64,000 bases of DNA from an uncultured Rivularia sp. (lineage in GTDB: Bacteria > Cyanobacteriota > Cyanobacteriia > Cyanobacteriales > Nostocaceae), in contig OY762007.1 of the NCBI GenBank assembly GCA_963665115.1, positions 6,400,001-6,464,000 on the forward strand, read 5' to 3'. Positions 1 to 11,800 of this stretch are shown here, piece after piece. Every line of letters starts with the position of its first letter. Position 1 is the stretch's first letter. The position numbers were made by a program, and so were the translations under genes. The notes under the pieces are model-generated. The model was given only the letters and a program-made list of their open reading frames with translations, made no database searches and had not been told where the DNA came from.

Positions 1-1062
1 TGACGGACGATACAAACCGAACTGACCGGCTTGAAAATCAAATTTATATGAAGGGTCATTCAATGGTACTTTTGTAATCACATTTACTGTACCACCCAAG
101 TCACCTTGTCCAAATAGAACTGAAGCAGGTCCTTTAAGGATTTCAAATCTTTCTACATTGGTTACTTCTGAAAGAGTTCCTAAAGTTGTATCTCGCAAGC
201 CATTTCTCAAAGTATTTTTACTTTCAAATCCGCGAATTACCGGGGTAAGGGCTGGAGCATCGGAAGCGACACGTCCTGTTGTTACTCCTGCACTGTTACG
301 TAGCGCGTCTCCCAAGCTCGTAACCCCCTGCTCCTCAAATACTTGTTCGGGAATGGCTTGAATGGACTGGGGTACGTTAATTACGGGAGTATCGGTTCTC
401 GTTCCTACGGAAGATTCTATGATTCGATATCTTGTGGGTGCGCTACCCGTAACTACTAATTCAATTACATCGTCTTCTGTTGGCTGTTGCGTTGCTTGAG
501 TATTATTTTCTTGAGGGATGGAAGGTGGTTGTGGCGTTTGAGCATTATTTTCTGAAGGAGTTGTTTGAGCATTCGTACCTTCCACCGGCGAAATTCCCAG
601 AATAAATTCTTGTCCTTGAGTTCTGGGTGCTGTCGCTTTTGGTGGCGCACTTTGTCCGGTAATCTCAACGCGAACACCGCTACCATCAATATTAGTTACT
701 TTAACTGATGCAATTCCCGCGAGCGGATTAACTAATTCAAATCGATTACCTTTTGGCAATTCCAATACCGCATTCGGAATATCGGTAACAACTGCATTCC
801 CAACAGTAGTAGTTTTTCCGGGTTTGAGCAACTGCGGGTTTGGCGTTTTGAGAACTACTTCTATACCCGCATCTGTTTCATAAAGTTCCACAGCAGTAAC
901 TTTAATTTGACTATTGGGAGAAGTTGATTGAGCAAGTAAGGAAGATTCAATTACTGGATTAAGGGCTGTTTCTGTTTTTTCCTTTGCCCATGCTGGAGCA
1001 ACAGCAATTATACTAACGGTGCTTATCAGCCATACATTGATAAAAAATAACTGCTGCTTCAT
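1..1062 (-). CDS. TonB-dependent siderophore receptor with N-terminal AMIN domain (5' part; runs off the window's left edge)
   Basis: Translated by hand (absent from the ORF track because there is no stop in the window). ATG at 1062 with GAGGA upstream; signal-like MKQQLFFINVWLISTVSIIAVAPAWA; AMIN-like VKVTAVELYETDAGIEVVL; TonB-box-like IELVVTG; plug motifs GTRTDTPVINVPQSIQAI, IRGF and VERFEILKGPASVLFGQGDLGGTVNVITK. Confidence 0.93.
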   Translation of the reverse strand, partial: MKQQLFFINVWLISTVSIIAVAPAWAKEKTETALNPVIESSLLAQSTSPNSQIKVTAVELYETDAGIEVVLKTPNPQLLKPGKTTTVGNAVVTDIPNAVLELPKGNRFELVNPLAGIASVKVTNIDGSGVRVEITGQSAPPKATAPRTQGQEFILGISPVEGTNAQTTPSENNAQTPQPPSIPQENNTQATQQPTEDDVIELVVTGSAPTRYRIIESSVGTRTDTPVINVPQSIQAIPEQVFEEQGVTSLGDALRNSAGVTTGRVASDAPALTPVIRGFESKNTLRNGLRDTTLGTLSEVTNVERFEILKGPASVLFGQGDLGGTVNVITKVPLNDPSYKFDFQAGQFGLYRPS

Positions 1063-1253
1063 CACAATATCCTCAAAACGTGACATTTTCTCTACAAAGT
1101 TTTCGGTTGATTTAACAAACTATATAAGGTAGTCGTTGATAAATTTCAGATTGTTAAGATGCACAAAAATCAGAATCACACAATGAATTTAGTCAAATAA
1201 TTTACCTGCATCGGCTAATTTCGATTAACCTTACACCCTAAGATAGATTAACT

Positions 1254-1420
1254 GGCGTTGCTGATTAAAAGTATGAATTGCCCCCTAGCCCCCAATTATG
1301 GGGGAACAAGATGATTAAAAGTCCCCCAGTACCCCCTTGCATTGGGGTCACGGGGGCAGGGGATTTAGGGGACATCACTATGAAGGAAAAAATAAATTCA
1401 TACCCAGATTCAGCAACGCC
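1254..1420. mobile_element. 167-bp MITE (non-autonomous IS derivative, IS1-like ends) with 8-bp target-site duplication
   Basis: Left end GGCGTTGCTGA-ttaaaa-GTATGAATT matches the reverse complement of the right end GGCGTTGCTGA-atctgg-GTATGAATT. GATTAACT is directly repeated at 1246-1253 and 1421-1428. No transposase ORF inside. Confidence 0.88.
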
Positions 1421-1821
1421 GATTAACTATTGCCTGTTTTTAATACTTTAGTTATAAGCTTGCTTTGTCAAGCACCTTTGATAGCATCTGAATTTTTGTT
1501 ACACTCTGTAAATTAATATGGCTTTACTCCCTTTTGGGGACGATATTAAACAATTTTGGGAAAAATTGGTTCAAAAAGCTTATTAACAATAGTTGCATAA
1601 AAAGGCAGTTAGCAGATATATTTAGTTATACTAAACTAAGAAATTTTACAATCAGTGCCAAAAAAGTATTATTTGGTTGTTGCTTGAAGTGAATTTATTA
1701 TTTTCGTTATGAGACAAGCTAGTAATTTCAAAAACAGATATAAATAAAGATTGTATAATCTTTTACGCATTTTTACGAATAAAAGTTGTATTATAACGAT
1801 TCAACACAAAACTATATTAGT

Positions 1822-1843
1822 TAATTGAGAATATTTTTTATTA
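1822..1843. promoter_or_regulatory. Putative Fur-box-like operator upstream of the biosynthetic operon
   Basis: TAATTGAGAATATTTTTTATTA about 40 bp before the ATG at 1884. The left half TGAGAAT fits the Fur 7-1-7 consensus and the right half is degenerate. Support comes mainly from the iron-uptake context. Confidence 0.35.
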
Positions 1844-1883
1844 ATCAGGAATCGAAATTTATCGATTTTTAAACATTTCACCT

Positions 1884-4800
1884 ATGTCTACAGATTTCCC
1901 GGCATTTTCTACAGTGGTTGATTTGATGCAGTACCGCTCGAATCATCAACCCAAACAACAAGGTTATATTTTTCTGGCAGATGGCGATCGCCAGGAAAAT
2001 TCGCTTAACTATAGAGAAACTTGATACAAAAGCGCGAGCAATTGCTGCTCATCTCCAGAGTTTAAATACGATTGGAGAGCGAGCATTATTATTGTATCCG
2101 CCGGGGTTAGAATTTATTGCCGCTTTTTTAGGATGTTTGTACGCGGGTGTTATAGCAGTTCCCGCTTATCCACCAAGGAAAGGGCAGAGTTTGCTCAGGG
2201 TGAAATCTATTGCAGCAGATTCAAGCGCAAAGATTGTATTGACGACTCAATCTTACGCTGATTTTATAGAATCCCAACAAACAGCAAATTTAGCAAATGT
2301 AAAATATGTCATAGCAACTGATAATTTACCCCAAGATTTAGCCGCAAATTGGCAAAAGCCTGCAATTAATGCCGACACTTTAGCTTTCTTACAATATACC
2401 TCTGGCTCTACTGGAAATCCCAAGGGTGTAATAGTGAGTCACGGTAAATTGCTGTATAACGAACAAATTATCAAGCAAGGATTTGGGCATACCCAGGATA
2501 CTACGGTTGTCGGTTGGTTGCCTTTTTATCATGATATGGGACTGATAGGGAATGTATTGCAACCACTGTATTTAGGAATTTGCTCTATTTTAATGCCACC
2601 TGTAACGTTTCTCCAGAAGCCTATACGTTGGTTACAAGCAATTTCTGATTATAAAGCAACTACTAGTGGCGCTCCCAATTTTGCCTACGAGATGTGTTTG
2701 CAAAAAATTACACCTGAGCAGCGAGCAAGTTTAGATTTGAGTTCTTGGGAAGTGGCTTTTTGTGGTGCAGAAACAATTCGTGTTGAGACTTTAGAGAGGT
2801 TTGCTGAAGTATTCGCTGAGTGTGGATTTCGGAAGGAAGCATTTTATCCTTGTTATGGTTTAGCTGAAGCAACATTATTTGTCAGTGGTGGTGAGAAAAC
2901 GGAAGACTATAAAGTATGTCATGTTGAATCCAAAGCTTTAGCAGAAAATCGGATTGAATTATCAACAGATAACCTAACCCCCCAACCTGGGGAGAATAAA
3001 GAAAAATTATCAGATACCGCAATAGTTAGTTGTGGTAGGGTTATAGCGCAAGAAGTTGTCATAGTTAACCCAGATGATTTGTTACCTTATTCTGAAAATC
3101 AAGTCGGAGAGATTTGGGTAAGGGGGGAAAGTATTGCTCAAGGTTATTGGGGAAAAATTAAAGAAACAGCAGAAGTTTTTAAAGGGAAGATAGCGGGTGT
3201 TGAGGAAAAATGCTATTTACGCACGGGGGATTTAGGATTTATCAGGGAAGGGGAATTGTATATAACTGGAAGAATTAAAGATACGATTATTATTCGAGGT
3301 TTAAATTATTACCCGCAGGATATTGAGTTGACGGTAGAACAAAGCCATCCTAGTTTACAACCGGGATGTGGTGCTGCTTTTGGTGTGGAAATTGCCGAAA
3401 GAGCGAAAGAAGAGGGGTTGGTGATAGTTCAGGAAGTTAAGCGAGAAGGTTGGCGGAGTGTTGATGTTGATAGTGCGATCGCATCGATTCGTGCGGCGGT
3501 TTCGCAGCATCATCAGCTACAGGTTTATGCAGTAGTTTTGCTGAAGCCGGGGAGTATTCCGAAGACGACGAGTGGTAAAATTCAAAGGTATGCTTGTCGT
3601 GCTGGTTTTGGAAATGGTAGTTTGAATGCAATTGGTGAGTGGCAGGTTGAAGAGAGCAGAGGGAGCGGAGGAAGCAGAGGAAGCAGAGGAGAAGGAAATG
3701 AGGAATCTAAAATTCGTGCGGATGAGTTGATTGTTTGGCTGAGGGAGTATGCGAGTAGTTATATTAATTCGCGTTTGATTGATGAGCGTCGCTGTATTCC
3801 TCCTCATATTGTTTTGGATTTTGGCAATCGGGGATTGTTGGGAATGCAGGTTCCTGGTGAATACGGTGGTTTGGGATTGGGAAATTATGACACGATGCGG
3901 GTGTTGCAGCAGTTGGGAGCGATTGACACTACTTTATCGCTGTTTGTGGGATTAAATAATATTTTAGGGATTCGTCCGATTTTGCGCTACGGTAGCAAGG
4001 CTTTGCAGGATGAATTATTGCCGATTTTGGCGACGGGAAGAGAATTAGCAGCTTTTGCAATTACTGAGCCTGGTGCTGGATCTAATCCTCAAGGGATAAC
4101 TTCTCAAGCAATTCCTGATAATGGTGGTTGGAGGTTAAGCGGTACAAAGATTTGGAGTGGATCTGCTGCTTGGGCTGGAGTTACGAATGTGTTTGTACGG
4201 CATCAAAATAATGATGGAAGCTGGCAGGGTATTAGCGGTTTCGCTGTGCGAAAAGGTACGGGATTGCGTCAGGGTAAAGAAGCTTTGACAATGGGAATGC
4301 GGGGGATGGTGCAAAATACCGTTTACCTGAATGATGTGGCTGTGAGTGCAGAGCAGATGTTGGGTGAACCTGGTGCTGGAATGCAGGTAGCGCAAGATGC
4401 AATGATGTATGGAAGATTGGCGATCGCCGCTGCGAGTGTGGGAGGAATGAAGCGCTGTACTCAATTAATGTTGCGTTATAGTTCTCGTCGTTCTATTTCG
4501 ACAGGAAAGTTATTAGAGAATCCTTTTGTACTCAAGCGCTTAAGTGAAATTACTGCTGCGATAACTGCTGTCGAAAATTTAGTTTCTCAAGTTGCTCGAC
4601 GATTAGATGCAGGAGAAACGATTCCCCCGGAGATATATACAGCTTGTAAAACTGCTGCTCCCGAATTTTATTGGCAAGCTGCTGATAGTTTAGTACAAGT
4701 ATTGGGTGGACGTGGTTATATTGAAACTAATATAGCGCCACAGATTTTACGAGATGCCAGAATTTTACGTATTTTTGAAGGACCTACAGAAACATTAAAT

Positions 4801-5883
4801 ATGTTTTTAGGTTCAAGAGCGATTCATGAAAGTGACAGTTTGGCAAGTTTTATTAGTGAAAGTTTTCAAGCTCCGGAAGTAGCTGAGAAGTTGCAAGCAG
4901 CAGCTCTTCAAATTTATGGGGAAACCTCACCCCGTCCTGACGGACACCCCTCTCCTTATCAAGGAGAGGGGAAAGCTTCACCCTCTCCTGATGGACACCC
5001 CTCTCCTTACCAAGGAGAGCAGTGCGTTGCGGAGGTTCCCTCCGTTGAAGCAACTGCGGAAGAGGGGATGGGGGTGAGGTTATCTGCGAGTCGTTATGCT
5101 GCGATACTTACAGGTGAAATAACAACTTTTGCGATTCTTTGGGCTGCGTTACATCATACCCAAATAGATTCACCTTCCGAGTCAATTACTAGCGCTATAG
5201 AATGGGTAAAATTTCATTTTGAAGAAAAACTCAGACAAGCTCTATTAAATTCCCAACCTAAAGTTTTATCTTCCGAAGAAAATACCGAATTAATATCTGG
5301 TTACATTGATAGTATCGGCGATATAGAACAAACCCTACCGGGAGAAGATTGGGAATTAGACGAATATTTGAAAAAACAACCTGGGGAGACGTTATATATA
5401 ACGTCTCTACATAACTCCTCAGATCCCTCTACCCCCTCTACCCCCTCTACCCCCTCCACCCCCTCTACCCCCTCTACCCCCTCTACCTCCTCCGCTCCAA
5501 AATCTTCCTCAATCCAAACCTGGCTAATCGACTGGTTGAGTCAGAAATTAAAATTACTTGAAAACAGCATAGATATAAATAAATCTTTTGCTGACTATGG
5601 GATTGATTCAGTGATTGCTGTGGAATTGGCTCAGGATTTACAGGAATGGTTGAATTATCCCCGTGCTATTGAACCCACTATTGCCTGGAATTTTCCTACA
5701 ATTGAATCATTGAGTAATTATCTGGCTCAAACTTTAATCCAAGAAACTTCACTCGATAATCAACCCGAGGAAATTGAACTCCCGTCAGAAAATTCATCAG
5801 ATTTAGAGTCAATGTCTGATGTGGAATTAGCGGAGTTACTCGCAGCAGAAATTAATGCAGTTAAGGGGAGGGGAAGCGAATGA
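1884..5883 (+). CDS. Starter enzyme: fatty acyl-AMP ligase (FAAL) - acyl-CoA dehydrogenase - ACP; +1 frameshift at ~2017-2019
   Basis: Upstream frame from ATG 1884 reads MSTDFPAFSTVVDLMQYRSNHQPKQQGYIFLADGDRQENSLNYRE and joins LDTKARAIAAHL if one A of GAGAAAC is removed. FAAL motifs LQYTSGSTGNPKG, WLPFYHDMGLIG, YGLAEATL, LRTGDLG; ACAD motifs AFAITEPGAGS, LGGRGY, RIFEG; ACP motif YGIDSV. Confidence 0.92.
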
Positions 5884-8800
5884 GTCAGAATGATGCAAAA
5901 ATTGATTATCGTTCGCTGCTGCAAGACGCACTGACAGAAATGCGTTCTTTACGGGGTAAGTTAGAAGCGGAAAAACAAGCCAAAACCGAACCAATTGCAA
6001 TTATTGGAATGGATTGTCGGTTTCCCGGTGGTGCAAATTCTCCGGAAGCTTATTGGAAATTATTACGAGAGGGAATTGATGCAATTAGTGAAGTTCCGAG
6101 GGAACGTTGGTTAATTGATGACTATTACGATTCCGATCCAGATGTTCCGGGGAAAATGTATACTCGTTACGGTGGATTTATTGATAATGTAGATAAATTT
6201 GACCCGCAATTTTTCGGTATATCTCCTCGGGAAGCAACACAAATGGACCCCCAACAGCGTTTGTTGTTGGAAGTTAGTTATACAGCTTTAGAGCGCTCCG
6301 GTCAAAGCGTTCAAGAATTAAATGGCAGTCATACAGGGGTTTTTGTTGGCATCAGCTTCGATGATTATGCTAAATTCAGCCTTAATTCTGGTGACGTTAA
6401 TCGTATTGATGCCTACAGTAGTTTAGGTAATACCCGCAGTATCGCCGTAGGACGTTTATCTTATGCATTAGGTTTACAAGGCCCGACAATGCAGTTAGAT
6501 ACAACCTGCTCCTCTTCTTTACTAGCGACTCATTTAGCTTGTCAGAGTCTGCGTAGTGGTGAATCCAATTTAGCCTTAGCTGGTGGAGTCAGTTTAATGC
6601 TTTCCCCAGAAGCAACTATTGGTTTTTGTAAATTGAAAGCATTAGCACCAGACGGACGTTGTAAAACCTTTGATGCGAATGCTAATGGTTATGTGAGGGG
6701 AGAAGGATGCGGGATTATTGTACTCAAACGACTTTCCGATGCAATAAGTAATAAAGATAATATTCTTGCTGTAATTAAAGGTTCAGCAGTTAACCACGAC
6801 GGACAAAGCAATGGTTTAACCGCTCCCAACGGTTCAGCACAAGAAAATGTAATTCGACAAGCTATAAAAAACGCTCAAGTCAAACCACTACAAATCCAAT
6901 ATGTAGAAACCCACGGAACGGGTACAAGTTTAGGAGATCCAATCGAAACCCTAGCGCTAGGGAAAATACTCGGTGAAGGTAGAAGCGAAGATAACCCCCT
7001 GACAATTGGTTCCGTCAAAACCAACATCGGACATTTAGAAGCAGCAGCGGGAGTTGCGAGCATAATTAAAGTAACCCTAGCGCTAGGGAATAAACAAATT
7101 CCTCCCCATTTACATTTTCAGAAACCGAATCCTCATATACCTTGGTCAAGACTACCGATTAACGTTCCTACCGAACTTACACCTTGGAATGTTGGTAGTG
7201 AAGAAAAGCGTTTAGCTGGGATTAGTTCCTTCGGGATGAGCGGTACGAATGCTCATGTGGTAATTGAAGATGTAGAGACGTTATACATAACGTCTCCCCA
7301 GCAATCAGAACACACCACCGAACGTCCTCTGCATTTACTGACATTATCGGCGAAGACAGAGCAAGCGTTATCGGAACTTGTAACGAATTACCAAGAATAC
7401 TTGACAAATAATAGTGATGTGAATTTTGCGGATATTTGTTTTAGTGCAAATATAGGGCGATCGCACTTTCAACATCGCTTGAGTATCGTTGCTGAATCTA
7501 CATTTGAAGCAATAGAAGAATTATCAAATTACCAAGAAACCTCACCCCGCGCTTACGCGCACCCCTCTCCTTATCAAGGAGAGGGGAAAATCTCAACCGG
7601 CTTTGAACACCCCTCTCCTTACCAAGGAGAGGGGATGGGGGTGAGGTTATTTCAAGGTGTAACATCTACAAATAAACGTCCTAAAATCGCTTTTCTATTT
7701 ACCGGGGAAGCTAGTCAATATATAAATATGGGTTGGGAATTATATCAAACTCAACCAACTTTTAAACAAGCTTTAAATGAATGCAACAAAATACTAAAAT
7801 CATTATTTAATCTAGATTTATTAACTCTTATTTATTCCTCAAAGGGAACGGGGAATGGGGAACAGGAAATAGGGAATCATTCTAACCCAATGCCCAAAAC
7901 CGCAATATTCGCCATACAATACGCTCTATATAAATTATGGAAATCTTGGGGTGTTAATCCTTCGGTATTAATTGGAGATGGGGTTGGGGAATATGTTGCT
8001 GCTACGGTTGCGGGAGTTTTCTGTTTAGAAGATGCATTAAACTTAGTTGTAAATCTTGCTAAGACTGAATTTGATAAAGTAGCAAATTCAATCAAATACT
8101 CTTCACCACAAATTGAGATAATTTCTGGTATTAACGGTAAATTAATTAATTCAGAAATTACAAATTCACAATATTGGTGTAGCAAGATTTCCTTGGCAGC
8201 AAGCTTTGAAAAAATTATTGATAAACTCAAAGAAATTAATTGTGATATTTGTTTAGAAATAGCATTAGAATCCGCAAATTTATTATCAAATGAAATATTA
8301 TTTTTACCAAGTTTCGGAGAAGAAAGTAATAATCATCAAGATTGGCAAGTAATGCTTTCAAGTTTGGCTCAGATGTATGTCAATGGAGTTAATATTAATT
8401 GGCGTGGTTTTGAGCAAGATTATTCTCGAAATTGTGTTTTATTACCAACTTATCCGTTTCAACGTCAGCGCTATTGGATTGAAGCTCCCAATGTTAAAAA
8501 CTTTCACAACATAAATTCGGAAAGTCTACATCCATTATTAGGACAAAGAATTGATATTGCAAATTTAGAAACGATTCATTTTGAAAATCTAATAAATCAA
8601 GATAATCCTGCTTATTTACAACATCATCAAGTATTTGATACGGTAATTATGCCGTTTTCGGGTTTTGTGGAAATGGTATTAGCTGCTGCTAGTAATCTGT
8701 ATGAAACAAAAGCTGAAATAAAAAATCTGTTATTAACTGATGTAGAAATTCATCAAGCTTTGATTTTAGAAAAAAGTTCTACAACAGTACAATTAATTCT

Positions 8801-11800
8801 CACTCCTATCTCTACATCTACAAATAAAGAATATAAATTTGAAATTTTTAGTTTAGCCGTAGGTTGGGTTGAAAGAAGTGAAACCCAACAATCAAGAAGG
8901 TACGAAACACAAAATCAAACTTGGATATTACACACGAGTGGTAAAGTTAATCAAGAGGCAGAGCCTCAACAACCTCGTTACCAGGCTGAGCCTAGTAACG
9001 AGAAATTTACTCACGAAATTGACGTAGATAATTTTTATCAAAGCTGTCAAGAACAGGGAATTAATTATGGTAAAAGTTTTAACGCAATTAATCAACTTTG
9101 GAATGATGAAAAAATTGCTTTAGGGAAAGTTTGTTTATCTCAAGAATTTATTAGTTCTACAGCTTATCAATTACATCCAATACTTTTAGATGCGAGTTTA
9201 CAAGTTGTAGGTTCTGTTTTAGCAGATAATCAAACCTATTTACCGATTGGAATCAAAAGTTTTACTTTTTCTGGAACTACAAGTAATATTCTCTGGAGTT
9301 ATGTAGAACTTGATAAAAATCAAAATCATAATAATAATTCATCTGTGATGATGGCAGATGTCAAAATTGTGGAACCAGATGGACGTTTGGTTGCTCAAGT
9401 TGAAGGTTTAAAATTAAAATCAGTTGATTCTCAATTTGTTTTCAATCAGATAAATAAAAAGCAGTCTTTTGAAGATTGGCTTTATAAAATAGAATGGCGA
9501 GAACAAGCTATTATTCCGAATTCATATAGTTCGTCGGATTATTTATTATCTCCTCAATTAATTTACGAACAGCTTATTCCTGCTTTACCTAAGTTGGTTG
9601 ATAAACCAGAAATTGAAATTTATCGGCAATTATTACCGAAGCTCGAAAGTTTGAGTATTGCTTATGTTTTAAAAGCTTTTAATGATTTGGGTTGGAAATT
9701 TATTGTCGATGAAAGTTTTTCTACGGTAGAAGTTGTTGAAAAGTTAAAAATTGTATCTCAACACAAGCGTTTGTTGGAGCGTTTGTTGGAAATGTTGGTG
9801 GAAGTTGGTGTATTGAAGAAGGAAGAAGATTTAATAAACCGCAGAGGCGCGGAGGGCGCAGAGGAAGAGGTTGTAGAGGAGTGGAGGGTTGTTGGTGAGA
9901 GGATATGTGATGCTGATGATGAATATCAACAATTATTAGAGAAATATTCTGTTAGTAAGAGCGAATTAAGTTTACTGCATCGTTGTGGTTTGAGTTTGGC
10001 TTCGGTGTTACGGGGTGAAGTTGATGGGGTACAGTTGCTGTTTCCGGAGGGGGATTTATCTACAGCAACGAATCTCTATCAAGATTCTCCTGGTGCGAAG
10101 TTGATGAATAGTTTGGTAGAGCAAGTTGTTAGTACGTCAATTGCTCAAAAGTCTAGCGCTAGGGTTTTACGGATTTTGGAAATTGGTGCGGGTACTGGGG
10201 GAACGACTGCATATTTATTACCATCGCTCGATGCTTCTAGTACTGAATATACTTTTAGCGATGTTTCTCCACTGTTTACAACTAAAGCACGGGAGAGGTT
10301 TGGGGAATATGATTTTGTTAATTATGAGTTGTTAGATATTGAGCAGACGGTTGGTGATGAGTTAAAAAATTCCTTTGATATTATTATTGCTGCTAATGTT
10401 TTACACGCGACTCAAGATATGCGGGAAACATTGGGTAATGTCAATGAATTACTTGCTCCTAATGGGTTATTGGTTTTATTAGAAGGAACTCGTCGTTTAC
10501 GTTGGGTTGATTTAATTTTTGGTTTAACTGAGGGTTGGTGGAGATTTACAGATACGGATTTGCGTGAAAATTATCCTTTGCTATCTGTTGGTAAGTGGGA
10601 GGAAGTTTTACTTCATGGTGGATTTGAGGAAGTTTTACCCATAGCTCCTGAGTTGGATGAAGAGGATTTGTTTAGTCAGCAAGCTGTGATTGTTTCAAGG
10701 AAAACCTCACCCCCAGCCCCTCTCCTTGTTAAGGAGAGGGGAGATTGGTTAATTTTTGGCGATCGCCGTTTTAATATTGGTAAGGAGTTAGCGCAACAGT
10801 TACAAAACCAAGGTGAAAGATGTATCTTGGTTTATTCGGGTACGGTGAAGGAACAACTCAACGAACAAGAATTCAGCATTAATCCAAGGAATTCCCAGAA
10901 TTTTAGTCAATTAATTGAAAATCTATCAAATTATCAATCATCTTTCAAAGGAGTTGTATATCTTTGGGGTTTGGATGCGACTCCTGTTGAAAATCTTAAT
11001 TCCGAAGTGCTGGAAGTTGATTTGGAAAACTATTGCGGTAGCGCTTTATATTTGATTCAAGCTTTGTTGAAAGTTAATATATCAAATACTCCTATATATT
11101 TAGTCACACAAAATTCTCAACCAATAGGAAACAATACAATATCTGGATTCTCCCAATCTTTGTTATGGGGTATTGGTAAAGTAGCAGCGCTCGAAACTGA
11201 TTTTAATTATAAAAATATAGATTTAGATGCACAAACAAATCTAACAGCACAGATACAAACTTTATTAACTGAATTACTATGGTCAGACGAGGAAACACAA
11301 GTTGCTTTCAGAGGTGACAAACGTTATGTTGCTAGATTGGCAAGATATCAAAATTTAGTTCAAAAGCAACCGTTACAATTAACAATTTCCGAACGAGGAA
11401 CTTTAGAAAACCTGGAATTTCAACCCTTAGTTAGAAAGAAACCAGCAGATAATGAAGTTGAAATTCATGTCAAAGCAACAGGAGTTAATTTCCGAGATAT
11501 TTTAAATACTTTGGGATTATATCCGGGGGATGCTGGTGCTTTAGGATGTGAATGTGTAGGTGAAATAGTAGCGCTAGGGAATCAAGTCGAAAATTTAAAG
11601 GTTGGGGATACTGTTATAGCGATTGCTTCAGGAAGTTTCAGCGAGTATGTCACTGTCAATGCTGCAATGGTAGTTGTTAAACCAGAAAAACTTACTATTG
11701 AAGAAACTGCCACAATTGGGGTGACTTTCCTAACTGCACATTATGGTTTACATCATCTTGCGAAAATTTCCCCTGGTGACAAAGTACTGATACATTCCGG

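Noticed and set aside
158..689. Short ORFs 158..361 (+) and 465..689 (-)
   Set aside because: They are antisense or out-of-frame shadows of the TonB-dependent receptor gene.
1981..2020. ORF-track start MAIARKIRLTIEK for the FAAL protein
   Set aside because: The FAAL-like N-terminus is in another frame from ATG 1884; the listed start is a by-product of the frameshift.
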